This document shows positions 30,101 to 35,179 of a DNA stretch of 64,000 bases, piece by piece (the stretch's first letter is position 1; every line of letters begins with the position of its first letter). This DNA comes from a bacterium (GTDB lineage Bacteria > Patescibacteriota > Minisyncoccia > Phycocordibacterales > UBA6899), in NCBI GenBank assembly GCA_043756865.1, contig JAYUQG010000014.1, positions 2,349 through 66,348 of the forward strand. The letters run 5' to 3'. The notes beneath the pieces are model-generated. The model saw only the letters and a program-made list of their open reading frames with translations. It had not been told where the DNA came from and ran no database searches. The position numbers and the translations under genes are program-made.

Positions 30101-30912
30101 ACCGAGTATGGGTCGGGTGACTGCGTCGACTCAGCAACCGCAGCAAGCGGTGTGCCCGACGCTTGAGTGCTTGATGCTGCATCAGCAGCGCTCACAGGTA
30201 GCGGGTTCTTTTCCAGAGATGGGTCAGGGCTCTGCACAACAGAGACTACTTTCTCTTCTGTCTCTATAAGTTCGGGGATAGGCGAGGAATCGCCCGAGGG
30301 TGCTGCGGCGACTTCGGGCACATCTTGCGCCAACACTTTTTCACCTGCAAGAAAACCTGAAAACATGTGGCGCACGCGCTGCATTAAAAATGCCTCGGGT
30401 GCGCCCTGAGGGGCCACAGTGTCCGCGGGAGTTACGGTGGGGGAAACTGACGGTTCTTCTGGTGTCAGGAGCGGCATGAAAGGATTCGGGGTCGAAACAC
30501 TTTCGTTCGGTATTATTTCGGAAGGAACCTCTGAAGGAGGCGGCGTGGTGTCTGCCGTATCGGGTGTGACTCCCTCCAGTGTGGGTACGTCTTCGCCCTC
30601 AGTAGTCGTACCTACTTCAAGTGAAGCTCCGAAGTATACATAGGCAGAATTCTCTCGGCTAAAATCTGCGAGCTCGGCGTCCATCGAGAGGTCTTGACCA
30701 AGAGAAAGTTCACCCCCCTCCCACCCTTCAGTGACAACATTCGACGGTGACACATACACATGGGCTTCTTTCTCCGCAAATACGAACTCTGAGAGAAACC
30801 AGAGGCCGAACACTACAGCACTAAGCGCGACAAAAGCCCGAAAACGCCTTCCTGTGTGCGAGGTGAAACGCCAATGAAACTGCTTTGTGTGGGTGCGCAA
30901 AAAATGAAACAT
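12172..30912 (-). CDS. giant (6246 aa) secreted adhesin-like protein: signal peptide, two DUF2341-like domains, at least three long super-repeats of beta-helix-like units, WxL-like C-terminus
   Basis: uninterrupted 18.7-kb ORF; signal peptide RFRAFVALSAVVFGLWFLSEFVFA; DUF2341-like segments (IRFVDESGKIELPYWLAEFNSEEQRGLAWVRVPKL and DLRFTDSSGTTSIPYWIESLTAAASSTVWVKVPAL); three copies of the YSQDxxAxDGxLxIxGxYxRTxGTDYWSxATDFDGTALG super-repeat; about 60-aa NxxGAFVxNSG... units; DNA 15.2-16.1 kb and 19.9-20.9 kb are clearly paralogous. Confidence 0.7.
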   Translation of the reverse strand: MFHFLRTHTKQFHWRFTSHTGRRFRAFVALSAVVFGLWFLSEFVFAEKEAHVYVSPSNVVTEGWEGGELSLGQDLSMDAELADFSRENSAYVYFGASLEVGTTTEGEDVPTLEGVTPDTADTTPPPSEVPSEIIPNESVSTPNPFMPLLTPEEPSVSPTVTPADTVAPQGAPEAFLMQRVRHMFSGFLAGEKVLAQDVPEVAAAPSGDSSPIPELIETEEKVVSVVQSPDPSLEKNPLPVSAADAASSTQASGTPLAAVAESTQSPDPYSVSLCSTFGKTCHLAEYVGFGLGGTLEGKAVAGATLELSLAGRGAYSSGEYDRVLVRAYLAGRWEFLGSSEIRGELSNAKRAGYLKFELPNISTWDDLSDLKVVLEYDRASEEDAAVYVDGLWVNVRYQDTTLNSSAEEFALSGANIRSTLSARDAEARKARRDQLVTPEEGTILFTNGEAHEGQKLVIKSDKKTYHALGTMDAYVNVTNESTEAEVLKLQFRFQDEGATVRTLSRWSHNTPYQGSALKYDDVGYFCAAGWENESTRDSGSDAYSCVETRERATCDALNIEGTNCIAKGVGVGLETETRYRDGWTTLPITRGAIADESGIFTKAIDFLVAEMPVDLIPSSLRAESYLADSVLLNPGQTMYFRVTLDVPLNARGDLAIEAAAESGAYGLLHTDWGGSWNHRIPITWDSSAVSADGEFAIPVDFAGMSADFWEYVSASGSDIRFVDESGKIELPYWLAEFNSEEQRGLAWVRVPKLSAGATSSVYVYFGDQFATSRSNEFTPFRTTALTPRGVVFGGSQLDMTLHVLALAPHVRVEIEDQQSVTLEQGESALFSGIQPSTIVHADGPITASVIAVSPVAVYVPLGYAGEHFVLPGIGGERELAIAALDSEAVHGAIGVGGTVESIDPIFGSIVRRPITLSDSVLVDLDRDAVLTLVGGEGGAPTPIPSATTESLFGLALGKITVGVRNDGTDITALCASGARKSIDGRRAGASFVVDQCNSGPLDGAEAFRVDAHTQPIGGLMTPPESLLSILPRSLMGGSYRSPFDASHIALVCAPTPEPVLFGLYDEEGTMIASSTCHGRGNSPGATHFLPKSGVFPLGFTLRAVSGSVTQFLGMAIPAGTFSEAGVGMGRAGVRMLESAALSRAPGAALVTLQLGETEFVVPGEHRKLDVTDDGKDKEHVDTLLSKEREFSLHQKPTFRFQYKSQSSGLMQGVRKLLGVQSFTVARIMLRHPHFGDKPAEYDVKYGEGGEWSLQLKDDTGAVRPGKYTLHIEIEEGGDTYTDEFDFYWGVLAINYAKSISLPGERLDISLAALSNNGNTICDAPLKLWVTTPGGTETEVPVTASGKCNGNNVVDVPDYAAAYDIPLAATGTYKAKLVRLDVNENVASQVTDTFEVRDYVPYVIERVGPTRIFPLAHYPMKIRVRAIEAFEGNIVERIPGDFIVIDRGNATLAWGDDAHTFMTASWPTKLEAGGVVDFAYTFDAPDVSPYLYLMGPLSMGGEDDSFVEARKWQIASDAAGKMMLFWDDNVTIPATWTCVSCLTTDPFYERLPFGSSTYGGFGGVPTSTHSVTATVFNTGSTGVTENSVVNTLLAGISHAHTLSVSVGATSTVPLSRQLRVIQANSAGEPATIPAGAIALFDIASSSLPTGWNRYTPQDGYYPFGQNTAGTATGSNTHIHPMTGSSTVGVSPQRYRSRLGGTQSTPLPSAENHTHTLTATNTPLVNSEPPNVEMLFAKLATATGTSNYMITMWDNDPAAGWSRISDIGGTLNGKFVKASSTYGGTGGAVDHTYSDMTGAVTGASSESAPGRIGVQAAPTTHVHSVDLTGFSTESQLPRYVEVIFGKRLSGVPVFTQDSYRVYNNANLLTPTDPWPPGGSDLAENTPIETSLDSLKPTDKIRLRMNVSVGNATSTVGVQAFKLQYSSDPICESALNWSDVSPLASSTALWRGFNNTGVSDGATLTTLLLSSSTVAEAYAEENNSTTTRTQVPIGGVGEWDWVVQDNLAAPNTRYCFRMVKSDGTPLDTYVNYPLVLTNASPGVTVQSAPFSFEKVGTTTPSFQFTATDGEVNDLDYQVQISFSATFTTSVIDSDSLADPDLFENVDTPANKAPFNSGDKIQFKSATALTNGSTYWWRVRAKDSSGSNQWGEWSTARSLTVDTAVVVSTWHQTTRDQFQLDTLSGVHSTATDAVMLINGSTTGTIYSSAIDFNIKTIGSVWGNLRFSDSEVYGTVGYQIEYLTSTSSWALVPDTALPGNGAGFGASPVSLLSIDPTVYATIRIRANLTNTTGTPVLFDWTIDWGFTVGTPTLYLPFSNAKLNTTTPTFEWTAADPQGDPIEYEIQWSTTSAFTSSTTRNSGVNLGFQNIQNATDTTPFNSSDRIRFTIQPGDALIASSTYFWRVRGRDPTGANTYSFYSETRSFTVDLSITIATWFQTVDDQFRTDTLSSLRLTGTGSTTVATTTDEVMLAYGEGTVQTPRFRIFDGITLGGEQTALSVGATIQWVIVKSSPLISQYILGTLGSDRDTNFQVYESGAWANLQETGTAAPSPQRRSFDVAYETVSGRAIAVTCDSSPTAGYRIWTGSAWSATGTVNLSFATNCEWVRLASHPISNEIIGLFRNTGSMYEAQVWNATTSSWGNATVLGSMRDIAHEGMAVEYENSGTDAVVVASNGINASFVWKSWNGASWTATATVALGDDFESGNLRRNKTNDDMALCYIDQDNDIGVIRWTGSTNTWAAFTELEITGQSFNGRPVDCQYETISGRTNYIMVPYADTTGTRWRFWDGVLYQGERNMASTGGTTFPTSFTNQLVRTSASGTMLGMFFDHVGTDYEYAELVGSSTWENHQTIEDTASVTASPFGEPFYMAPQSPLSVGTIIGTPIDYDDGIAPAWQRVKWDATTPGETTFMTQVQYQNASGTWALIPDTLIPGNSVGTTTSPISITALDTTLYNVIRLKGTLTCMSGVCPTLNDWTVEWAAGVRISGTARLHDLTSTVTSGTVAVAVNGSLQVGRTGTIANGDWFIDNVTVFPGNTLTVFISGANDFNEAVTVAKYTGPGDMGGMRISERWVTIGSASTTGQSISLTDLAKYDNSVSGSEDIFYDIDAGNDFNNCVVGSCLDSSIHVFSNTFRPATSTSETINTWDMRVNGFLFADTNTIKVSGSWGNLGGFTSNASTVIFNGTSSTRTIDSTGAATSTFYNVTFGESGNTATWNLSSAFVATGTVAMSFGTTSQGTNDITLQGDLTIGASGTFIKGTATTTFSGTAARIWTDNTAAKQDLGNVVVNGTAKTLTLGSSVKATNIVIGADDTLSAGSAYTLTVLENWNNTGTFTSLTGTVDFAATTTGKTINQGVSNFYNTTFSGVGGTWIWQNTNATTTNDFAITGVGTTTLPSGTLAIGGSFSNTAGAFVHNSGVVRFTSTASGKNVRANGSLWNDILFAGAGGAWTFQDTNATTVGTFYITAGTPTLPSGTLEAGNTFDNQSGAFVANGGTLRMTSVLSGRIVRLSGSTLANFFVANAGGFTIADANATATGDVIFAAGTTTLPTANFAIGGNFSATGAFVSGSGAVHFNPASGTKTVSAGPSTFATVNVLATPTATISITGNATATAAFTLISGGFTQATATALAVGGTFTNNVGGASTTWTGTTLTLYSGTSYTLNTKTTGADSYATLRLALGTNVRMWNSSSNTYQFTPTSSMYSQDDSALDGSLFIGGNYIRTTGTDYWSFATDFDGTALGGSGRQVNVRFAPTATSSFTTNATLQIIGSTTASTTIDRATTGSFVVALSDATLNANYYQFRNMGARGLELAGTTTVTSLSYGDFEVATNGGSGITIASTTVDQNTGIQLFTVRFATTTAILAFNVTEIGTPAGSSFIRFRQHYGNIAGESNDNDPGGNPGYIRWDDSIFVISISGTVYSDAGVTPMSTTTCDNVTPNVRVRVNGLGNFAAPCSSANGTYTVPGVTFIGDTVMTVYLDTNGGRKATLVTRSASADLTGINLYQDRVIVRHEDTAALGIEHMNAYDAGNDSDISYSAATTGPNTLAVNPETEFWVWNAKTFIPNGNITLNSGGSGNNWDGTFHVDNNAIFTAQGNESHSVGGRFALDAGATFTAASSTFTFTATTTGKLLVGITPINFWNLVFNGSGGEWSVNQTTNTGNDLTVTQGTLVGANSMTISGVNMTGAGTVAMTGGSVTFANGGTFGGNTNWSFNNLNFGNGAGGTTTKTGSSTISIATIMTVTAGHTLNAGVPSAWNLTGGATPLVITGTLNPEVSVFRFSSTANTTVAAANYYRLYLAPSGAGGPTYSLSAGTFTVRNSLTVGDGVNSGTTTVTTNDPIVNVEGDLIIRSSATLVGSDSAAFNIYRDWYNQGTYTPSAGTVSFVATTTGRTITPSTSAFYNAAFNAAIGGWTILGNATTTNNFSITQVSSFVMASGTTLEVRGVFTNAVGGSATTWTGSTLYLNSGVTSAMNTKALGGDRYETLQVGGSTKISMWASSATTTAVAATGSLYSQNHASTSGELYIWGSYARTAGTDYWSYATDFDGTALGVSSRQANVRFATASSISISGTGALEILGTNTASTSLSIQTLGTYALNISGGSTTMKYVRFRGVDGNGLNFSGTPVVNLMDDVDFELGVAAGSMITVAGATIDANPLKIFSRNYFGTSTGVGSGFNVKATGVSASIWRFAGTPTSLGVLAGEAFDSDPGGDPGYIVWDDSAANITISGNVYGDEGITPVGGPTCDGSTQTVRLRVQGAGAYTSACNSTTGAFSISSVVFNPGDVLTLYLDTNSSTTAANVTVDPATNIANMHLYRDRVIVRHEGGTALSIANMNQYDSDQDTDIRFKATTGAPDTLVLPSNTTLIVWTSKVFAPAGDVTVHGNALGSDRDGTVKLYASSTWSAAGTQTHTLAGSFYAASGASVAPANSTFFFNASTTGKFVSASSSLTFYNMTMSGSGGTWNIGGVGTTSNNLTFSAGTTTLPSGTLAVGGTFDNSGGVFLHNSGVVKFTSTATGKNIRALTSAFANLEFDGVGGGWSFLDTNATATGAVLLKNGTTTLPTGVLAIGTDLNNQSGGVTANGGTIRMTATSSGRIIRMNGSSLANLFIADVGTFTFTDTNATATGDVIFASGTSTLPNAAFTVGGSFIATGTIAVATTSLVTFNPTSGTSLVALGNSTLTGVYVAGAPAATVNISASATTTGSMTIASGNFIQASSSALAVGGIFTNNLGGASTTWSGSRLALNSGTSLNMNSKTAGGDLYGIIRLGTNTIVRNWNSSAAAYELGTGTSVYAQDHAAVDGTLHIYGAYTRTTGTDYWSYATDFDGTALGGSSRQVNVRFGPSAAAAFSNASTLQMLGISTASTTVDRATTGNYGLSLSSSYINAQYYQFRNMNTAGLDMSGTTTITSLSNGDFELGLSGGSMITIASTTIDQNASGQIFYVRFATTTAIEGANVSRIGTTTNAITFASEYGNMALESRDNDGNDGCGSIRWTDSSCLFSDQRTYRWRNDNGAEGVPSTEWYDQNWSKRKRVRINNNATSSEVNIEVKFNVVYDSDMQSDFDDLRFTDSSGTTSIPYWIESLTAAASSTVWVKVPALPASGMADIFMYYGHATVAGGTSGTSTFKFFDDFEDGSMSEYSGNTTLFEQSTAFNYERTRGIDASLGNEASGKTTDGIGQMSAGVGRDTTIRFFQYIDIAAGGSNEPCFLFAIQSPITLHQNYAVCLTPFSGTDKVVIAKNAANNGRNDGATQLATTSVTYATGWYEASINWLSNNQINVTVYDSAGSVFATTSATDSSYTSGGIGFAYWGQHGGWDIPSAREYIATAPGAVFGLEQADSGATWKTAENTTLANQLINENLRLRVTVRNSGAPINNNNFRLQVAPKSVSPNCESVSGGSYVDVPTTSGAGCGSGAACMKTSTQFSDKSSTTQLLSIPTGQTFTYGQILEDPSNQTGNVSLASGEFTEVEYNFQMTAFASQDAYCFRTTNSGSALDNYTKVAELRILHAPVLSNFSFNNNASIALTEGATTTIFATSTVTDYNGYADLSFASSTFFRSGLSSSTACTADNNNCYQISTSSCSFINCSGNSCTVSCTADMYYFADPTDFGSTFVAENWQALIDVWDTSNSHARASSSQDVYTLKGLTIPSSLNYGSITVGADTGAANSTTTVTNTGNTILNLLLSGSPMTAASSTIAVNQQKYATSTFTYSGCAGCNLLATTSNPYNIGVTKPTSTNPFFKDVYWGLGVPNGTAATTHSGTNYFIAN

Positions 30913-31160
30913 ACGGACAAAAGCCGCCCTCCAACGATGGGCCGGTTATGCCCCTTATTTTATCAAGAAATTAGTAAAATATGGCTTTATTTCAATGCAA
31001 AATGACCATACATTGCATGGCTCTGTTGCAAGGGATTTATATGCTGATAAAAGTTTTCCACAGGTTTCCCTCGCTCGCGCGTCCTTATATATTCAAAAAT
31101 TGACATAATATTATTTTTAGTTCATAGTTATTTCAGAACCCACTCCAAAGACGAAGGTGG

Positions 31161-31589
31161 ATGATGGAAAATCTCAACCCCGAAGTAGAAGATGACTCTG
31201 CGGACTCCACACTCAGTCTGCTACGAAAAATACTTGTCACTTATGTTTTTGCGCTCATGTCTTCAGGATGCGCATTCCTGTTCTGCGCAATTACATCGTC
31301 AAACTACTCAATGAACGATGTGAGTATTGCACTCTTCCTTGCAAACATCTCGCACCTCACCAGCCTTCGCCACAAAGACACATGGGAGTATGCGAAGAAA
31401 ATATCACTGTTCAACTACGCAACCGAACGCGCAATTGCGGTAACTGGTTCAGTACTAATTTTCTTTGCGTTTCTTGCGCCGTGGTTTCCACGGATGGTAT
31501 TTGCATTTACGCTACTCGGGATCTTCTCCCTCATTACTGCCGCAATTATCTTCCGGCTTCGCGTGCTTGGCACTCCCCTGTTGAAATAA
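31161..31589 (+). CDS. small integral membrane protein (about 4 TM)
   Basis: 142-aa ORF with hydrophobic segments; followed by a clean terminator. Confidence 0.4.
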   Translation: MMENLNPEVEDDSADSTLSLLRKILVTYVFALMSSGCAFLFCAITSSNYSMNDVSIALFLANISHLTSLRHKDTWEYAKKISLFNYATERAIAVTGSVLIFFAFLAPWFPRMVFAFTLLGIFSLITAAIIFRLRVLGTPLLK

Positions 31590-31628
31590 TCCAGTATCCC
31601 CAAGAACAAACATAGGTCTCATAGTTGA

Positions 31629-31656
31629 ACCCGCCACAAGGCGGGTTTTGTTTTCT
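31629..31656 (+). terminator. rho-independent terminator between convergent genes
   Basis: ACCCGCC-ACAA-GGCGGGT followed by TTTTGTTTTCT. Confidence 0.6.
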
Positions 31657-31774
31657 ATAATAAATTACTCAATGTATTAAACGTTGCAAAATAAGACTTT
31701 TTAATAGTTAGTATGCCAACTATTTCAATTACAATGATTTGTCCTTGCACGAGCCTAACACTGGCCCTACGAGA

Positions 31775-31880
31775 GAGGGTCTGACGCATGGCAATCGGCT
31801 TGGTCACCGTTCTGACGATGCTATCATTCGAGTGCGACAACTGCGCCCGTAGGGGGCGCCGATTGTGTGTCTTTCAAAAG
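31775..31880 (-). repeat. R1 structured repetitive element, copy 3 (diverged), on the sense strand after the stop of the cohesin gene 31885..33372
   Basis: minus-strand reading TTGAAAGACACACAATCGG-CGCCCCCTACGGGCG-CAGTTGTCGCACTCGA-...CATCGTCAGAACGGTGACCAAGCCGATTGCCATGCGTCAG; both hairpins keep pairing with different sequence. Confidence 0.5.
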
Positions 31881-31884
31881 GGGC

Positions 31885-33372
31885 CTACATGAGGAGTTTG
31901 CGGACGTCTTCCACTTCTTTGGACAACAATTCCTCCGAAAGATCGATGGCCTCATTCATATTCTCCATCACTTCCCTGTCCTGTGCTGAGGGATTAGGCT
32001 TCTGGAAAAGCATACCTGCCTGCTCGCCCACTTCCTCGCGGAGTGCCGCAAAGATATTGCCCATGTTGTCGCGCAGTTCATCAGCCTCGCGTTTTGCAAC
32101 ATATTTTTCTCTTCGGAACATTTTTCGCTCATACCATAGATATCCGAGGAGGAAGGCGATAAATGCCACTAGTCCTATGTCAATAAAGAGTCGCCAGTCA
32201 GTTGGTTTTGGCTCGCCCTCTTCTGCAGACTTTTTCGTTGATGGCTCTTCACCCTCGATGGTATATTTTCCTTCAGCAGAGGTGCTATTCCCCGCCTTAT
32301 CAAACACATTGAGCACAAGCGTATGTTTGCCTGGCTCTTGTTCTGAAAGCGTGTATTCACCATTTTTCACCTCGACAAGAGCGACCTTGGTGGGTGGATT
32401 ACCATCAATAGCTATTTCGTAACGATCAAGCTGTGAGAGTGTATCGGTGGCCTGAAACTTAATTATGACCTCAGTAGATGATGCTGGCACCGAAAGATCA
32501 AGTGTGAAAGGTTCGGGAGGGGTCTTGTCCACGAGTATCTTTTTGTGTGCGGTTGGCCCCGCGCCTGCTTCGTTGACATAGCGTAAATGAAAATACATCA
32601 CTCCGTCAGTGAGCTGGTCAAATTCCTTCTCGTCTATTGCGGGGTCGTAGCTCGTTGTGGGCACGGTCTTGTCTTTCGTATCCAAACTCATACGCACCAC
32701 TGTGACATCAAGTGGGGGCTCCCACTTAAACATTGCCTTCGATAAATTGTAATAAAACTTCTCATCGAGGTGGGTAGTTGAAGTGACGTCAGGAATATCA
32801 GGTTTGGGTATAAGTACCGACGGTGGAGTGGGTGGGGGCGGAGGGGGTGGGTCTCCCGCTGCTGCGGTATTAATAGTGTATTCGCCGCCAAGCCAGAGGT
32901 CTTTAGCGGTAAGTTCGGTGCCTTTACCATCTGCAGCAAGGACGGTGCCTTCTACAAAAGACACCTTTGCTACTCCTTCCTTGAGAGCCTTAAACGTAAT
33001 CGATAGAATATTTTTCTTCCCTGATATTGCGGGTGGCGTTTTTCCTCCAGCAAAACTAATAGTTCCCGCAGTCGAGTCGGTTGCTGGTTCTTCTGGCCAA
33101 AGTGAAAACGCAGAATTATTTTTAGACAATCCCTGAACAGAAAGCAGTTCTTTGTCATAGGAAAGTTTTCCACCTCCAGAACCAAACTCCTTGGTGGATT
33201 CAATAACAATTTGTACAGTAAAGGTCTTCCCTAGACCGTAAGCACCGGTGGCGGGTGAAATCGACATAGTCGCACCAGTTGTCTGCGCGAGCGACAAGGA
33301 AGGTGCTGCAACGAGTGCGAGCATCAAACCTGCCGTAATCAACCGCATACGAAAAGTGCGAGAAATTATCAT
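31885..33372 (-). CDS. membrane-anchored cohesin-domain scaffold-like protein: signal peptide, cohesin, Pro-rich linker, Ig/FN3-like domain, TM, cytoplasmic coiled-coil tail
   Basis: cohesin-like N-terminus MSISPATGAYGLGKTFTVQIVIE...LSYDKELL...SLWPEEP...ISFAGG paralogous to the 1..700 product; PPPPPPPTPP linker; TM LFIDIGLVAFIAFLLGYLWY; charged C-terminal tail. Confidence 0.55.
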   Translation of the reverse strand: MIISRTFRMRLITAGLMLALVAAPSLSLAQTTGATMSISPATGAYGLGKTFTVQIVIESTKEFGSGGGKLSYDKELLSVQGLSKNNSAFSLWPEEPATDSTAGTISFAGGKTPPAISGKKNILSITFKALKEGVAKVSFVEGTVLAADGKGTELTAKDLWLGGEYTINTAAAGDPPPPPPPTPPSVLIPKPDIPDVTSTTHLDEKFYYNLSKAMFKWEPPLDVTVVRMSLDTKDKTVPTTSYDPAIDEKEFDQLTDGVMYFHLRYVNEAGAGPTAHKKILVDKTPPEPFTLDLSVPASSTEVIIKFQATDTLSQLDRYEIAIDGNPPTKVALVEVKNGEYTLSEQEPGKHTLVLNVFDKAGNSTSAEGKYTIEGEEPSTKKSAEEGEPKPTDWRLFIDIGLVAFIAFLLGYLWYERKMFRREKYVAKREADELRDNMGNIFAALREEVGEQAGMLFQKPNPSAQDREVMENMNEAIDLSEELLSKEVEDVRKLLM

Positions 33373-33379
33373 GGAGAAA

Positions 33380-33895
33380 TTAAGAACCCGAGTCTACCTT
33401 CTCGACATGCATACGCATTTTATTGTTTGCATGACCCTTGAGTGGTAGATGGAGTACGAGTACGCCGTCTTTGACCTTTGCTTGCGCAGCCTGTGCGTCT
33501 ACTTCTTGAGGAAGAATAATCTGGCGGAAAAATTTACCCCAAGCACATTCTTCGAGAGTAAATCCGTCGTGCTCTTCGCTTGCGTGCTGCACTCCTTGCG
33601 AGATTGCAACAACACCCTCGATTTTCACCTGAATCAAGTCTTCGGGGCGATGTGAGCTGCCGGAAATAGTAATGACATCATTGTCACCCTCTATGGACAC
33701 ATCAAGATCTTTGATTTCCGCACCGGGAACCTGAGCATAGATGATAATTTCTGTATCACTTTGCTTCACATCGACGGGGAGTTGCGAGACGCCACTCGGC
33801 ACCTCAGATTTAGCTGGTAGGCTTGCCGAGGAGACCGTATGGTCGTCCGAGACTCCCACGCCCTTGCCCTTGAGCTTTTGTAAAAAAGAACTCAT
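33380..33895 (-). CDS. Hsp20/alpha-crystallin family small heat-shock protein
   Basis: alpha-crystallin domain DVKQSDTEIIIYAQVPGAEIKDLDVSIEGDNDVITISG...GKFFRQIILPQEVDAQAAQAKVKDGVLVLHLPL. Confidence 0.6.
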   Translation of the reverse strand: MSSFLQKLKGKGVGVSDDHTVSSASLPAKSEVPSGVSQLPVDVKQSDTEIIIYAQVPGAEIKDLDVSIEGDNDVITISGSSHRPEDLIQVKIEGVVAISQGVQHASEEHDGFTLEECAWGKFFRQIILPQEVDAQAAQAKVKDGVLVLHLPLKGHANNKMRMHVEKVDSGS

Positions 33896-33992
33896 AGATT
33901 AAAAGTACAAATTAATTGTTAAGCAGCGCTTCCTCAAAACGCACAACGGTAGAGTTATATACATTATACGCGCATACGTGAGTGGCGTGCAA

Positions 33993-34340
33993 TCAAGTTG
34001 TGGAGAACAAGTGGATACTGCCCAGCAACTCAGTAAAGTTGCCTGCAATGGTCACGCGATTGACCGTGCGGGTAATCACTCCGTGTTCAATGAGGAAACC
34101 TTCCGCCCCGACAGAGTAGTCGCCAGTCGCGAGGTTAACGCCGTCGCCCATAATGCCGATGACGAGTAGTCCGTACGCAATATTTCGAATAAGTCCATCA
34201 CGCAGGATGACACTTGTGTGATCACCGCTTAGTACCCGCGGAGCAAAACAGACGTAAGTCTGTTTTTTATGACTGACAAAAACGTGTTGCCGTGCGTTGC
34301 TAGATGAATTTTGCGCAGTGCGCGATTGCCTGTACGTCAC
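33993..34340 (-). pseudogene. remnant of a TldD/PmbA-family metalloprotease gene (C-terminal roughly 75 aa only)
   Basis: AYGLLVIGIMGDGVNLATGDYSVGAEGFLIEHGVITRTVNRVTIAGNFTELLGSI matches the conserved C-terminus of PmbA/TldD ([49 protein letters not shown]) but stops early and lacks the N-terminal roughly 370 aa; its 5' side overlaps the collagen-like gene. Confidence 0.5.
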
Positions 34341-34971
34341 GGAGCTGACCGCTATTGTTTATTGCCGTGACCATCCAGACTCGCTGTCCGATCATAACAA
34401 TCGACGCTCTCGTGATATCTACTCCGCCCCCGCTCACGTCATATCCTCCCCCAACCATAGTCTCACCTTCTTGGCAGTACGCGAGTGCGTCTGCAATAGC
34501 AGGGACTGAAACCCATGCACTGGGGCGCAGAAAGACGACCATATTGCCACCTGTTCCAGTACCAGGAATACCCGGTGCTCCTGTTAGACCTTGAATTCCC
34601 TGTACACCTTGCGCACCCTGTGCGCCCGCTGGGCCTTGCAGTCCCATAGGGCCAACTTGACCTTGTGCGCCTGCTCCGCCCTGTGGTCCGACTGCCCCCG
34701 TATCGCCCTTCGGTCCGATTGCACCATCAGCACCCTGCGTTCCTTGTGTGCCGGGGATGCCCTGAATATTCCAAGAAAGCAATTTGTCCTGCGCGCGACA
34801 ATCGGTGCGCCGAAACCCTTCTCCAATAAAATACATCGCTCCGCTATTTCTTACACACACAGTAATCGCATGAGTATCTGCGAGCGCCACAGCACCGACA
34901 GCGAGACCTCCCGCCGAGAGCACAGTAAGTGCGCCAATAACCGCACGTTTAAGTAAAAGTGGTGTATTCAT
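34300..34971 (-). CDS. secreted collagen-like (Gly-X-Y triple-helix repeat) protein
   Basis: signal peptide [31 protein letters not shown]; about 30 GXX triplets ([34 protein letters not shown]...); Cys-containing globular ends. Confidence 0.6.
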   Translation of the reverse strand: MNTPLLLKRAVIGALTVLSAGGLAVGAVALADTHAITVCVRNSGAMYFIGEGFRRTDCRAQDKLLSWNIQGIPGTQGTQGADGAIGPKGDTGAVGPQGGAGAQGQVGPMGLQGPAGAQGAQGVQGIQGLTGAPGIPGTGTGGNMVVFLRPSAWVSVPAIADALAYCQEGETMVGGGYDVSGGGVDITRASIVMIGQRVWMVTAINNSGQLRDVQAIAHCAKFI

Positions 34972-35053
34972 AGTAAAAGTCGTTTATAATTATATACAAA
35001 AAGACTACTCCCATTCTAGTAAATGACAAGCAACGTGGAAAATATACACGCAT

Positions 35054-35160
35054 AAAAACTTTTACGATTTTGATGCAATTCAGTTTTTCATGAGGAAAGT
35101 GTATGAGAGGACGTATACGGATACGTCCTCCAAACCTTTCTGAAATAAAAAACTGAAGAG
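35054..35160 (+). repeat. R2 structured element, copy 2, 20 nt past the stop of the dockerin gene 35180..36922
   Basis: stem TTCAGTTTTT (35079-35088) with AAAAACTGAA (35148-35157); central perfect hairpin GAGGACGTAT-ACGG-ATACGTCCTC (35107-35130); shares ATTTTGATG, GTGTATGAG and CCAAACCTTTC blocks with copy 1. Confidence 0.5.
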
Positions 35161-35179
35161 CGCGGAAATAACCCTTTGA

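Noticed and set aside
31100-31130. Promoter TTGACA (31100-05) for gene 31161
   Set aside because: No acceptable -10 hexamer at 16-18 bp spacing (only CATAGT or TAGTTA), so I did not call it.
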